From Eledone cirrhosa (taxonomy: Eukaryota): a stretch of 64,000 nt of DNA. The notes beneath the pieces are model-generated. The model made no database searches. It worked only from the letters and a program-made list of their open reading frames with translations, and was not told where the DNA came from. The stretch spans positions 191,022,001 to 191,086,000 of the forward strand of contig OZ024742.1 in the NCBI GenBank assembly GCA_964016885.1, read 5' to 3'. Numbering within the stretch: position 1 is the stretch's first letter; every line of letters starts with the position of its first letter. Made by a program: the position numbers and the translations under genes. Positions 14,763-27,211 of the stretch are shown piece after piece.

Positions 14763-15074
14763 ATGACAAATACAACAACAACAATAATAACAGCATCAAC
14801 AACTGGATATTGAAAAAAAGGTTTAGGAGGAAGAAAAATGAGTAGAGGGAGAAAAAAGAGTAGAACGAAATTAGAAGAAAAAGAGTATGAGGAGGGGAAG
14901 GGGGAGAGTGAGTGATAAATAAAGAATCAAATAGCAAGAAATAAAGTGCAAATAATACCGGAAGAGCAAACATGGCAGCCACCACCTTCACCACCACTAG
15001 AATAATCACCACCACAACAGTTACAATCACAACAACAATCCCATAAGGAAACCATTATTATAACAAAGACAACC

Positions 15075-17210
15075 GCCACCACCACAACTACTAACACTGC
15101 CACAATTACTAACACTACCACAACTGCTACCACGACTTCTACCAATACCACAACTACTACCACAACTACTACCACAACTTCTAACACTACCACAACTGCT
15201 ACCACGACTACTACCAATACCACAACTACTAACACTACCACAACTACTACCACAACTTCTAACACTACCACAACTGCTACCACGACTACTACCAATACCA
15301 CAACTAATAACACTACCACAACTACTACAACAACTACTAACACTACCACAACTACTACCACAACTTCTAACACTACCACAACTGCTACCACGACTACTAC
15401 CAATAACACAACTACTAACACTACCACAACTACATACACCACCACAACTAATAACACCCCCACAACTACTAACTCTACCACAACTACTAACACTACCACA
15501 ACTACTAACACTACCACAACTGCTAACACTACCACAACTACTAACACTACCACAACTAATAACACCCCCACAACTACTAACTCTACCACAACTACTAACA
15601 CTACCACAACTACTAACACTACCACAACTGCTAACACTACCACAACTACTAACACTACCACAACTATTAACACTACCACAACTACTAACACTACCACAAC
15701 TACTAACACTACCACAACTACTAACACTATCACAACTACTAACACTACCACAACTACTAACACTACCACAACTACTAACACTACCACAACTACTAACACT
15801 ATCACAACTATTAACACTACCACAACTGCTAACACTACCACAACTACTAACACTACCACAACTACTAACACTATCACAACTACTAACACTACCACAACTA
15901 CTAACACTACCACAACTACTAACACTACCACAACTACTAACACTATCACAACTACTAACACTACCACAACTACTAACACTACCACAACTACTAACACTAC
16001 CACAACTACTAACACTATCACAACTACTAACACTACCACAACTATTAACACTACCACAACTACTAACACTACCACAACTACTAACACTATCACAACTATT
16101 AACACTACCACAACTGCTAACACTACCACAACTACTAAAACTACCACAACTATTAACACTACCACAACTACTAACACTACCACAACTACTAACACTATCA
16201 CAACTACTAACACTACCACAACTACTAACACTATCACAACTATTAACACTACCACAACTACTAACACTACCACAACTAATAACACTACCACAGCCACTAA
16301 CACTACCACAACCACTAACACTACCACAACTACTAACACTACCACAACTACTAACACTATCACAACTACTAACACTATCACAACTACTAACACTATCACA
16401 ACTATTAACACTACCACAACTACTAACACTATCACAACTACTAAAACTACCACAACTACTAACACTACCACAACTACTAACACTACCACAACTACTAACA
16501 CTACCACAACTACTAACACTACCACAACTAATAACACTACCACAGCCACTAACACTACCACAACCACTAACACTACCACAACTACTAACACTACCACAAC
16601 TACTAACACTACCACAACTACTAACACTATCACAACTACTAACACTATCACAACTACTAACACTACCACAACTACTAACACTACCACAACTACTATCATT
16701 ATCACAACTACTAACACTACCACAACTAAAACTACTACCACAACTACTAACACTACCACAACTACTAACACTACCACAACTACTAACACCACCACAACCA
16801 CTAACACTACCACATGTACTAACACTACCACAACTACTAACACCATCACAACTACTAACACTACCACATGTACTAACACTACCACAACTACTAACACCAT
16901 CACAACTACTAACACTACCAGAACTACTAACACCACCACAACTACTAACACTTCCACAACTACTAACACTACGACAACTACTAACACTATCACAACTACT
17001 AAAACCACCACAACTACTAACACCACCACAACTACTAACACTATCACAACTACTAAAACCACCACAACTACTACCACTACCAGAACTACTAACACCACCA
17101 CAACTACTAACACTTCCACAACTACTAACACTACGACAACTACTAACACTATCACAACTACTAAAACCACCACAACTACTAACACCACCACAACTACTAA
17201 CACTACCACA
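15075..17210 (+). repeat. 18-bp minisatellite (ACTACCACAACTACTAAC)n; reads as (TTTTTN)n on + and poly-Val on -
   Basis: About 115 units; accounts for the 794-aa poly-Val ORF 14927..17311. Confidence 0.95.
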
Positions 17211-17589
17211 TCATTCAATTCCACATCACCTACAAACACTAGCATACCAATTCCCACCATCGCAACAACAAATCCAACAACATCCCCCACTAGAGTAACC
17301 TTCACCAACATAACAACAAAACTGTCACCACCATCACCACCACAACAACAACAACAACATCCCCCACAAGAGTAACCATCACCAACATAACAACAATACT
17401 GTCACCACCACCACCACCACCACCACAACAACAACATCCCCACAAGAGTAACCATCACAACAAGAACAATCCGCCCCTAGACCACCACTATCACTATGCT
17501 ATTATATACAACACAACCACGATAACGACATTGCAGCAAATCAAAGAAATATTTTCCTTCCTTCACCTATATTATATAACTGCAATTAA

Positions 17590-19050
17590 ACAGTGTATTA
17601 CTGGTACTTTAATTTATCGACCCCGTAAGGATGAAAGGCAAAGTTAACCTCGGCGGGATTTGAACTCAGAATGGCAAGTGTCGTAACTCTGTGTCAAAGC
17701 ATGGCGTCCGACACTCTACCGATACTGCCAATCCACCTATATTATATAACCTGTCTTGTAATGTGCCTTTCTCCTGGCACCCTTTTGGCAAATACATGAA
17801 ATACCTCGGTGATGTTTGAACTACGTACAACCTTTTATGCTCTGTGTTAAATTTCCGCCGAGTTCAACTGTACCTATTATCCTTCATAGGTCGAAAAATG
17901 TAGTACCAGTAATGTACTGAGTCGTATGTCGTATGTCGTATAACTAACTTTACCGCTTTCCCCCAAATGGCTGCATTGTGCCTATCTCAGAAATAACTAT
18001 TGCCTGTGTTGTGAGCTTGTAGAATCTTTAAAGTATCAGAGGAAATATATCGCCGCATATGTTTCCAGTCTTTACAATCTGTGTTCAAATCCCGATGAGG
18101 TTAATTTTCCTTTCATCCATCCAAGGGCGACACAGTAAAGTACTAGTTACGTACGGGGTCGACTGAATCACCTTCCTCTTCCACAATATTGTTCACCTTG
18201 TGTCTAAATTAGAAATCATTATTAGAGGGTTGGCAAGGGCGGTGGATAGGCAGTATGCGCAAAGATTCGGACGCCATGCTCGGCTTCATAGAGTTACGGC
18301 CCTTTATGATCTATGTTCAAATGTCGCCGAGGTTCATTTTGCCTTTCATCCTTACGGGTCGATAAAATAAAGCACCAGTAATGCAGTTGATTTAATCGAC
18401 TTTCCCCTCCCCTTCAAATGTCTGGCCTTGTGCCTAACGTAGAAACAATTATTAGAGGGTTGCAGCTTTGTGGCATAGAGTGACGACCGTTTACCTTCTG
18501 AGATCTAATGCCGCCCACGTTAGCTTTGCCTTTCATACTTACGAGGCCGGTAAAATAAAGCACCAGTAATACACTGTGGTTGTTTAATCGACTTCCCCCG
18601 CCCCTAAAAATTACTGGCCTTGTGACTCAATCAGAAACTATTATTATAGGGTTTTCAAAGCATTGTGGATTGGCAGAATCAATGAAGGGTCGGACGCCAT
18701 GCTTTACAACATAGATTTACGACCATTTACTGTTTGAGTTCAAATCCCACCGAGGTTAATTTTGCCTTTCATCCTTACGGGGTCGATAAAATAAAGTACC
18801 AGTAATGTACTGGAATAATTGTCGCCTTGTCCCAAAAGTAGAAACCCTTATTATAGGATTTTCAAAATGCTTTCCGGCATTTAGTTACGGTCTTTCACGT
18901 TCTGTATTCAAATAAGACGAAGGTCAAATGTCCATTTTATTTTTTCGGGTCGATGAAATAAATTACCAGTAAAGTGCTAGGTTAGATAGAAACGACATTC
19001 ATCTCCCAGTAAATTGCCGGCCTTGTGCTAAAGTTAGAAATCATTATCAA
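17590..19050 (+). mobile_element. Cluster of about 7 tRNA-derived Meta-core SINEs (first copy minus, the rest head-to-tail plus)
   Basis: Repeated gttcaaatccc.ccgaggtt...ttgcctttcatccttacggggtcgataaaataaagtaccagt...ggccttgtg...agaaac..ttatt, including a B-box-like GTTCAAATCC. Confidence 0.85.
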
Positions 19051-19579
19051 TATTTTTATTATTATTTTTAGTAATATTTTCCAACTATTAATTTTACAAA
19101 TCTTGTCAATTGCCATTTCACATGATATTTGTAATGATGCGTAAGAATGGTTAGAATTAGAGAAAAAAGATTCTTGACTGTAATGAATGGTAATGTTTTT
19201 GTTGTTGATATCAACCATCCTGTTTGTTTTCCTTTTTTTCTTTGAGTTTGCTGCAACTAAATGCCAAATGGATGTTACTTGCTTGCTGCTGCTACTTTTT
19301 TGGATTTTTTAATTAGGAATAAATAGTAAAAACAAGCAAATACACAAACGTCGAGGTTGTTTCCAATATATAGACACATGCCTAAACTACACAAAACAGC
19401 TCAGTTCCAATTGTTACTACTAACATCATACAAAACACTCTATATCGTTCCCGATGTCTTCTTCAAACCTATTTCTCCCTCTATGTCTATCCTCCAATCT
19501 TTCTTTTCTTCATTCAATCTCACTCAACCGCTCTCTACTTCTCTCTTTCTCTATCCCCCCCTCTCTCTCTCTCTCTCTT

Positions 19580-19615
<36 letters not shown>

Positions 19616-19791
19616 TCTTCTATCTATCTTTTCACAATTATTTCACAAACACAGAGTGAAAGAGAGAGAGAGAGAAAAATAGGGAGAGTGAGAGAGATAT
19701 AAAGAGAATGTGTGAGAGAGAAAGGAGAGAGAGAGAAAGAAAAAAAGAGAGAGTGGGGAGAGTTATTAACGTTTGATCAATAAATAGTAAC

Positions 19792-19824
<33 letters not shown>

Positions 19825-20073
19825 GATAGATAGATAGATAGATATATAGATAGATATATTTCTTTATTTACCATAAAGGCATAACAAGAAGGGACAAATA
19901 CAAAGGGGGAGTTTACATACAATCGAGTAAAAAGGGTATAAAATGAAAATAATCGAAAACAACTTCAAAAGGGAGGGGACGTGATGGGGGTTGCACACAC
20001 CCCCGAAAAAGTTTGCAATCCTTTGCCCGGGGAGCACATGGAGAAGGTGCTCCCCACTCCTTCACTTCTTTAC

Positions 20074-23000
20074 CTACAGGATGGTATACAGAGAAGGCCT
20101 ATTTACACGAGCCATTCTCGCCACTATCACCCACCTTTCATAAAACTGCCTGTGGCCAAGCACCTCTCTCTCCATTCTTATCCTTCTTCCGAAGTGATAT
20201 CGGAAGAAGTAGACCAGACTATGGCCAGAGAAGAAGTTGCCTGAACTCAGACCTTTCAATCGTGTCCACCAAACAACCTCTTTCAACATGGCTATTACGC
20301 ACAGAAAAACCGCCTTTGCTTCCTTTGTGAAGAGGGGAGGCGGTTTGATTGTCATCACGGACTCGGCGGTCAATTGAATCGGCGCCACCCGCGACAGCAG
20401 TCGTTCGGCGCAGCCCCACAGATCAGCCACGCCCGGACATTGCTCCAATGCGTGCGCAACGGTTTCTTCGTGACGCACGCATCTAGGGCAAATCTTTTAC
20501 GAGGGATCCCTTCCCGGGCGCCCGTGTCTGTAGAGCCTCTCTCGAACGGGTAGAGCCCCCCGGTAGCACTGCCAGGCTAGTGACTTCTGGAAGTTGTCCA
20601 TTGGTCCCGGGCCGAAAGTCCTACCGAACAGGCTGGCCAGTTCGTCCTCTTCCATGTCCAGCGACTCTCCAAGGGCGTCATCGCCCCTGCTAGCCACCAG
20701 CCCTCTATAGAATGATGAGGTGGATTCTCCACCGATGGCCTGGCCCGCTTGCCAGAGAGCCCTGAGCGCCTGAGCACACTCAGTGTGCCAGTCTCCCAGT
20801 TTTCCGTATCTTTGCTTGACCCAGGACTGCAGCTCGGTGAGCGAGACGAGTCACGGAAAGGCTCGTTTCACGAACGGAGCCCACACCGGTTGACCAGTGA
20901 GGAATACCTGTAGGTGCCGTAGCCTTAATGCGTGCCTACGCATCATCAACCACGGCATCCCCAGCCCTCCTTTCGAAGGTTGTTGGCAGCAGATGGATCT
21001 TCTCACCATAGGAGGGCGCTTCTTCCAAAGAAATTGGAAGAGCATGCGTTCCATGGTGGTGAGTGTTTCCTTAGGGCAAGGCACGACAGTCAGGCGGTAG
21101 TAAGTGACGGACGCTATGTAAATGTTCGCCACCTCCGCCCGGCTTTTTAGGGACAGCTTACACTTGGCCCATTTCTGGGTTAGTGCAAACACCTTGTTCG
21201 TAACCTCGTCCCAGTTCTTTTCCACCTGGAGGTCCGGTCCAAACCAGACCCCAAGCAACTTTACCGGGCCCTCCGTCCAGTGTCTGACGACACCGTCGGG
21301 AGGCATCGGTCTGCCTCTCCACGTTCCGAGTTGCAGCCCGATGGATTTTTCCCGGTTCAGTTTCGCTCCTGACAACCTTTCGTAATCCTCCAGTAAGGTA
21401 CCGATCGCCTCGATCTCCGAGTCGGTTGATACCATTATTGTTACGTCGTCGGCGTAGGCTGACACCGCTTTGCTCAATCCTGGTTCCAGGGGGATACCCT
21501 GCAACAACTCTAACTTCCTCAGTAAAGGCTCGAGAGTCAATACGTACAGAAGGGAGGAGAGAGGGCACCCCTGTCGAATGGATCGTGTGATTTCGAACGG
21601 CTTCGAAAGGTAGCCGTTCACCTTGATCCTAGAACAGATGTGGTTGCTATGTAAGGCAGTGATCCAGCCTCTGAAAACAGGACCGAACCCAGGAGTTCGA
21701 GTAGTTCGGAGAAGAAGACCGGCATTGCTAAATAAAGTTCGTAAGGTATACCATCGAGACCTGGAGATTTGCGTCTGCTGCATTGGCTCAGCGCATCTCC
21801 GATCTCATCAGCCAAGATTGGTCCCTCGCAGGACTCTGCCTCTTCGCTCGAGAGACGCGGCAGGCCGTCGAGATATGGACCGAAATCCACGTCCCCGCCC
21901 GGACCCTCTCCTCCCCCGAATAATTGGGCAAAGTGCCTTTGAAAGGCCTCGCACATCTGCTTAGGCTCCCGGATCACCCGTCCAGCCTCGTCTTGCAAAG
22001 ACCGGATGGTGGATCGATTTCCACTCTTAGCTTCTGTCACGCGGGCCCAGCCAACGGCTTTTGCCCCCTCATTACCTAGAGCACGTATTTTACTTCGAAT
22101 GACGCAGCCTTCGTGCTTTGCATCGAAAAACTGGTTCAAGGCCGTCCTCGATGCCAGCACTCTGGCCACATCTTCGCTCTTGATTGCCTCTTCTAATTTA
22201 CCTGTTAATTCTTTCTCGTTTCTATTCCTATCGGCAGCTAACATCTTGCTATAACTTATTGATTCTGTTCTAATCTCTCTTTTGAGAGATGCCCACCATC
22301 GGTTGTTGACGATTGCACCCGTCAACCTCTCCTTAACTAATCTGCTAATCCGGTTTCTGTAAGTCTCTTTTGCCGGTAAAGACAAATTAAGTTTCCAGTA
22401 ACCGGGACCCTGTTTATGTGTTTTCTCGAGATTGACTACGCAGGTCACTAATTTGTGATCCGTATAGCCAACCGTGCGCATTTCTGGACAGCTTAATATG
22501 TCCCTATCCTTACTTCTAACTGAGAATCTATCTAAGTACGATCTAGATTGACCACTGTGGTTTCTCCAAGTCCAGGTAGGCACAGTTGGAAAATCTAGTC
22601 AATATCTATCGACCAAGTTAAAACGGTCGAGTAACCCCTTGAGGCTGTTACACCCCCCTCTATTAGGACATGCTCCTGCATAGTCCCAACGTGCATCTAG
22701 GATGTCATTCCAATCCCCCGCTAGAAGCAGGGAACGCGACGTTCCCAGAAAAGTCTCCAAACGCTGGAAGAAGTCGGGCCGTTCAGCTCCGAAAGGGGAG
22801 TAGACGGCGACCAGTCTCAAGGCCGCACCTTCACTACTGCCAACGTCTAGCACCAACAAACGACCCTCCGGGTCCGAGAGAACAACCTGTACGGCAAGAC
22901 CCAGGTGTTTTTGCAGCAGTACGACAACCCCACCACCACCTCCAGGTTGACAGAGAGATGCATGCACCTCAAAGTCATCGAAGGTAGGGGCCAGCTGCCG

Positions 23001-23135
23001 CACGACGCTGATCCGAGTCACACAGATAACCATTACATTTATACCACATGACCTGAGGTCATTTAGAAGCTTTGCTTGCATCCAAGTTGAGCCCAGGCCA
23101 CGTGGATTCAAACATCCTACTCTTAACACATCCAT
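20074..23135 (-). pseudogene. LINE ORF2 (APE endonuclease, reverse transcriptase, Zn finger), disrupted
   Basis: Motifs GCLNPRGL, LVAVYSP, LLAGDWN, SYLDRF, TDHKLV, GYWKLN, KSPGLDG, QGCPLS, YADD, LNREKS, GGLGMP, EETVAHALEQC, split over five ORFs. Confidence 0.92.
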
Positions 23136-23259
23136 GTGGGCGGCACAGCCAAAGGAGAGTGTAGAGACCTACCTTTCTGCTTCCCGGGGTTCGGGTCGCA
23201 CGACTTCCATGGGGTCGGGGGTGTCGGGTGAAGGGGTGTCTTGTGGTGGTGTGGGGTCG

Positions 23260-24726
23260 TCAGTGTGTGGTGGGGTTGGGGTGTTTGGAGTTGTGTTGGG
23301 GAAGGGGAGGGGGAAAGCTTTTTAGTAGGACGCGGTTTATGGGTTTGACCGAGGGTGGTCCTACGTCCTCCTTAAAATCCTTTTTTAGTTTTTGGTAGAG
23401 GTTCATTGGGATCTTTATTAATTTTAAATGTGGGTAGTTTTCTGAAGAAACAAAGTTTACACCTTCGGTTTGTAGCGAAGGATTATTGTTTATGAGTTCA
23501 TTTAATTTATTATTGTTTCTGTTGATGTAAGTATAGTGTAATGTCTTTTTTTCGGATGGTGTGAGTGTTTCGAAGAGGGGAGGGGAAGGTTTGGTTTTGT
23601 TTGTTGCTGGAGGGGTGTTTTGTGTTTTTTTGGATTGTGTTGACATTTGGGTGGGGGTTGTTTGGCCTTGTGTGTTTTGCACATGTTTTCTTTTTTTCCT
23701 TTTAATCTGTCTGAAGGACTCCGTTTCTTCCTCCGAATTCGTTGGGTTATCTTCAGTGTTGGAGGGAAGAGGTATGTTTGCTGGTAATGTTTTCGTGTTG
23801 GTTTTCTTTGTGGGGGAGATGGATGTCACTATGTTAGACTGTGTTATGTGTTGTGGCTGCGGTGGTTGTGTTGTTTTATTGAGTGAGGGGTTGGGTGGGC
23901 CTGTATTTTGTTTTGGGGTAATGTGTTGTGACTGTTTGTGTTGTGTCGGTGGTGTAGTTTTACTGAGGGATGGGTTGGGTGGGACTGAGTTTTGTTGCTT
24001 GTTTATCTGTTGTGGTGGTGGTGGTGGAGCTGGTGTTGGTAGCAGAGTTTTCTTTTTGTTGAGTTGGGGACAAGCGGCCTTCAGGTGCCCTCTGCCTGCA
24101 CAAATATGACAGGACGGCCTTCTCCCCTCCACGCTAAGGTTTATATACCCGCGGCCCTCTAATAGGATTCTGTCTGGTATTTGGGCGATGCGTTCAGGCT
24201 TCATTTGCACTACAAGCTCTATACCTGTTCCACTGAACGCATTGCCTGTGGTTTTCCCAATGGAAATCACGTTGTCATTCACTGGATCGATGAAGCCAGC
24301 TATGATCCAGCAGTAGTCCACATCTTGCATCATTGCATCCAGCCATATGCTTTGAGTTCTTTTACCCATATAAGATGGATAAAAGGAAAAATTTTTCGAA
24401 CGAATCGGTGACAAAGCACATTTTTTTGCCGCCGATTCGTTCTTCATAATAATCGCTAGGCTTCCATACAGTCTGTCTTTTCTTATGTAAGTGGTTTCAT
24501 TAAGTACTTCTGTAAGTACTGTTTTGATTTCTGTTTGAGTTGGCTGTTCAGGTTTTTTTGAAATGTTGTTGATGGTGCGGAAAACGACCGTTCGACTTTC
24601 AATGTCTTTGGTGAGTTCTTGAGGCATTTTTACCGATAAAATACCATTCTCTCCTTCAGTTATATATTGTTTGGCGTCTGCAATTCTTTGTGCCACATCT
24701 GAAATATTTTCAGGTATATATGTCAA
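23260..24726 (-). CDS. LINE ORF1 (gag-like nucleic-acid-binding protein)
   Basis: 488 aa; CHICAGRGHLKAAC zinc knuckle followed by a Pro/Thr/Gln-rich tail; directly upstream of ORF2. The C-terminus is probably frameshifted. Confidence 0.85.
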   Translation of the reverse strand: MTYIPENISDVAQRIADAKQYITEGENGILSVKMPQELTKDIESRTVVFRTINNISKKPEQPTQTEIKTVLTEVLNETTYIRKDRLYGSLAIIMKNESAAKKCALSPIRSKNFSFYPSYMGKRTQSIWLDAMMQDVDYCWIIAGFIDPVNDNVISIGKTTGNAFSGTGIELVVQMKPERIAQIPDRILLEGRGYINLSVEGRRPSCHICAGRGHLKAACPQLNKKKTLLPTPAPPPPPQQINKQQNSVPPNPSLSKTTPPTQHKQSQHITPKQNTGPPNPSLNKTTQPPQPQHITQSNIVTSISPTKKTNTKTLPANIPLPSNTEDNPTNSEEETESFRQIKRKKRKHVQNTQGQTTPTQMSTQSKKTQNTPPATNKTKPSPPLFETLTPSEKKTLHYTYINRNNNKLNELINNNPSLQTEGVNFVSSENYPHLKLIKIPMNLYQKLKKDFKEDVGPPSVKPINRVLLKSFPPPLPQHNSKHPNPTTH

Positions 24727-25371
24727 AGATTTCTTTGTTGTTTGTGCATAGAAATCTTATTGGTGTTGACTTTGTCGTCTGCTTTGCTTTCTGTTATGAT
24801 GTTGTTTTCAAATGTTATTTTTGTGTTTGTCGTGTCTTTGTTTGTGGTATTAATATTGTCATGCAATTTTTCAAATGTTTTTTTTTCGTTGTTGGAATCC
24901 ATGTCCAGATTTGTGTTTTCGTCATTTTTCTCCGCAGATTCGTCTGTTTTTATTTTATTTTTTCCTTCCTTCTCTATGACGTTAGTTGGGAAGGAAGGGG
25001 GGGGGACTAAAGCGTGCTAGCTTACAACTCTTACCGCTCCCCCCCCCCCACTATTTTCGTTAGCTTTGTTTAACATTTCTGTCAGACGATTGAAATTTTT
25101 TATGCCACAAAATTTTTAAAAACAGGTTTTTCACCCCTAGGAGGGGTAAAGATGAGCTGACCCACCGCCTGACAGTTTAGACGGGGTGTCAAGCTACACA
25201 ATAGTATCAAAATTAAAATTGAACTTACAAAATTTCCGCAATAAATTTGAACAAAACTTCTGCGCGAAGTGAATTACATCTACGCTGTAGAACAGACGAC
25301 AGCTAGATTAATATATATATATAGATAGATAGATAAATATACACGGGTGTGTATGACTGTGTATAGAAGAT

Positions 25372-25762
25372 TATATTAATAAGAGGAATTCCAACTTTGT
25401 CAGATTTACTCGTTTTATTTACAATCCTTTAACATTTATAATGGTATTATAATGAAATAGTATGGTAGAATATTAAATTCTAAGTGTTAATTGAACAACT
25501 ACTTTCATGCTTTCGCAATCTTTAGGTTCATAATATGTGGTGACTGTCAAGTTTGCAATTTTCAACTGTTGAAAATTGCAAACTTGACTGTCACCACCGA
25601 ATATGACCCTGAAGATTGCGAAAGCATGAAAGTACTTGTTCAATTAACACTTAGAATTTAATATTCTATCATACTATTTCATTATAATACCATTATAAAT
25701 TTTAAAGGATCGTAAATAAAACGAGTAAATCAGACAAAGTTGGAATTCCTCTTATTAATATA
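25372..25762. mobile_element. ~390-bp near-perfect palindrome with a hammerhead motif in each arm
   Basis: Centre ttcaac-t-gttgaa at 25567; arms ~195 bp and highly similar. Confidence 0.9.
25604..25642 (+). ncRNA. Minimal type-I hammerhead ribozyme
   Basis: tgacc-CTGAAGA-t tgc GAAA gca t-GAAA-gtac-TT^gttca. Stem II is closed by a GAAA tetraloop and stem III is the palindrome AGTACT. The opposite arm has the perfect stem I tgaac/gttca. Confidence 0.75.
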
Positions 25763-25769
25763 TATATAT

Positions 25770-26000
25770 CACCTTGACCGACCGTTGGTCACATCACGTT
25801 GTGCTGTTTTAGCCATAAGATAACGCCATCCCACTGGCTGGGCGGGCAGGTACTCATTTCTACAGCTGAGTAAACTGGAACAACGGGAAATAAAGTGTCT
25901 TGCTCAAGGAAACAACACATCACCTGGTCTGGAAATTGAACTCACAACCTTTCGATTGCAAGCCCAGTGCTCTAACCACATAGCCATGCTCTTTCACATA
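25770..26000 (-). mobile_element. tRNA-derived SINE with CORE/V-like central motif
   Basis: Reverse complement reads gcatggctatgtggttagagc...gtgagttcaatttc...ccttgagcaagacactttattt; a similar plus-strand copy lies at 49527-49650. Confidence 0.75.
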
Positions 26001-26010
26001 TATATGTATA

Positions 26011-26047
<37 letters not shown>

Positions 26048-26197
26048 AAGTATATATATCCCTACACGCACAAAGCGCTTAGGGAAACATGTATTGTCCA
26101 ACCATATGCCAATGTGGTTCAATGGAAGGTTAATAAATTACCGAGCCAGAACATATATAATCAATGTTTAGCAAATAAGAAAAAGTTTCAAAATAAA

Positions 26198-26784
26198 TTT
26201 CGAATATTAATAATAATATTGGATTCGTTTGCAATTATACAAACAAGCCTCATTTTTAAAGCCATCTCAGTAGAATGAGCCCCTCATTCTTGCTCTTGTG
26301 TTGGCATGTAAACAGAACTGCAGACACTAATGTTTCTGGATAATACTCTTCATCAGTACAGTTCACTGTTCACCTGCCAGCTAATGAAAATATATGATAT
26401 TTTCTAAAATAAACAGTGAGTGATCGGCTTGATTTGCATATTAGCCGATCCATTGATCAGCCAGTCTGCTGTGCAAATCTGGCTGAACAGTAGATCTGTT
26501 AATATGCAGATCCGACTGATCAGCCAGTCTGCTAATATGCTAACCAGGCCGATCAGTCACTGTATATTTTAGAAAATATATATTTTCCATAGCTCTGACA
26601 GTTGGCAGGTGAACAGTGAAATTTACTGATGAAGGGTAATACTTAAACATATTAGTGTCTGCAGTTCTGTTTACACGCCAACACAAGAGGAAGAATGAGG
26701 GGCTCATTCTACTGATATGGCTTTAAAAATGAGGCTTGCTTGCATAATTGCAAACGAATAGAATATTATTATTAATATTCGAAA
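26198..26784. mobile_element. ~590-bp imperfect palindrome with internal ~30-bp subrepeats and degenerate CTGATGA...GAAA cores
   Basis: ttcgaatattaataataatatt ... aatattattattaatattcgaa; gatcagccagtctgct is repeated near the centre (~26490). Confidence 0.88.
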
Positions 26785-26925
26785 ACAAGATTACATTTAT
26801 TGTATTCAGCCATGTAGAGCGAACATTTTATTTATATAAATATTTATATAGTAATAATAAATATGAAGACTAAAATCCGAAGAGGACTCGATAAGGATTG
26901 TATATATATATATATATATGAATGA

Positions 26926-26968
<43 letters not shown>

Positions 26969-27133
26969 TATAATATATATATATATAAATAGTGGTGCTG
27001 AGACCGAGCATACTACTAATGTGAGTACTCAATTCGTGGGGAGATGTAGAGTGGGTGTAGGCTTGTAAAATCCCGACTGCGGCTCTAAGTGGTCTGTCTT
27101 TTACATTTCTCTCTCTAGCTCTTTCTGTGTGTG

Positions 27134-27211
<78 letters not shown>

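Larger units (their letters stand above)
19860..25308 (-). mobile_element. L1/Tx1-clade non-LTR retrotransposon, near full length, inserted in a TA/TAGA microsatellite
   Basis: 5' UTR, ORF1 with CCHC knuckle, ORF2 with APE endonuclease, RT (SIRQGCPLS, AYADDVT) and C-terminal Zn finger; AATAAA near the 3' end at ~19862-19868; (TA)n(TAGA)n on both sides. Confidence 0.92.

Noticed and set aside
14927-17311. 794-aa poly-Val ORF
   Set aside because: Antisense reading of the 18-bp minisatellite; not a plausible protein.
19981-25020. Plus-strand ORFs overlapping the LINE
   Set aside because: Antisense shadows of ORF1/ORF2 with no recognisable motifs.
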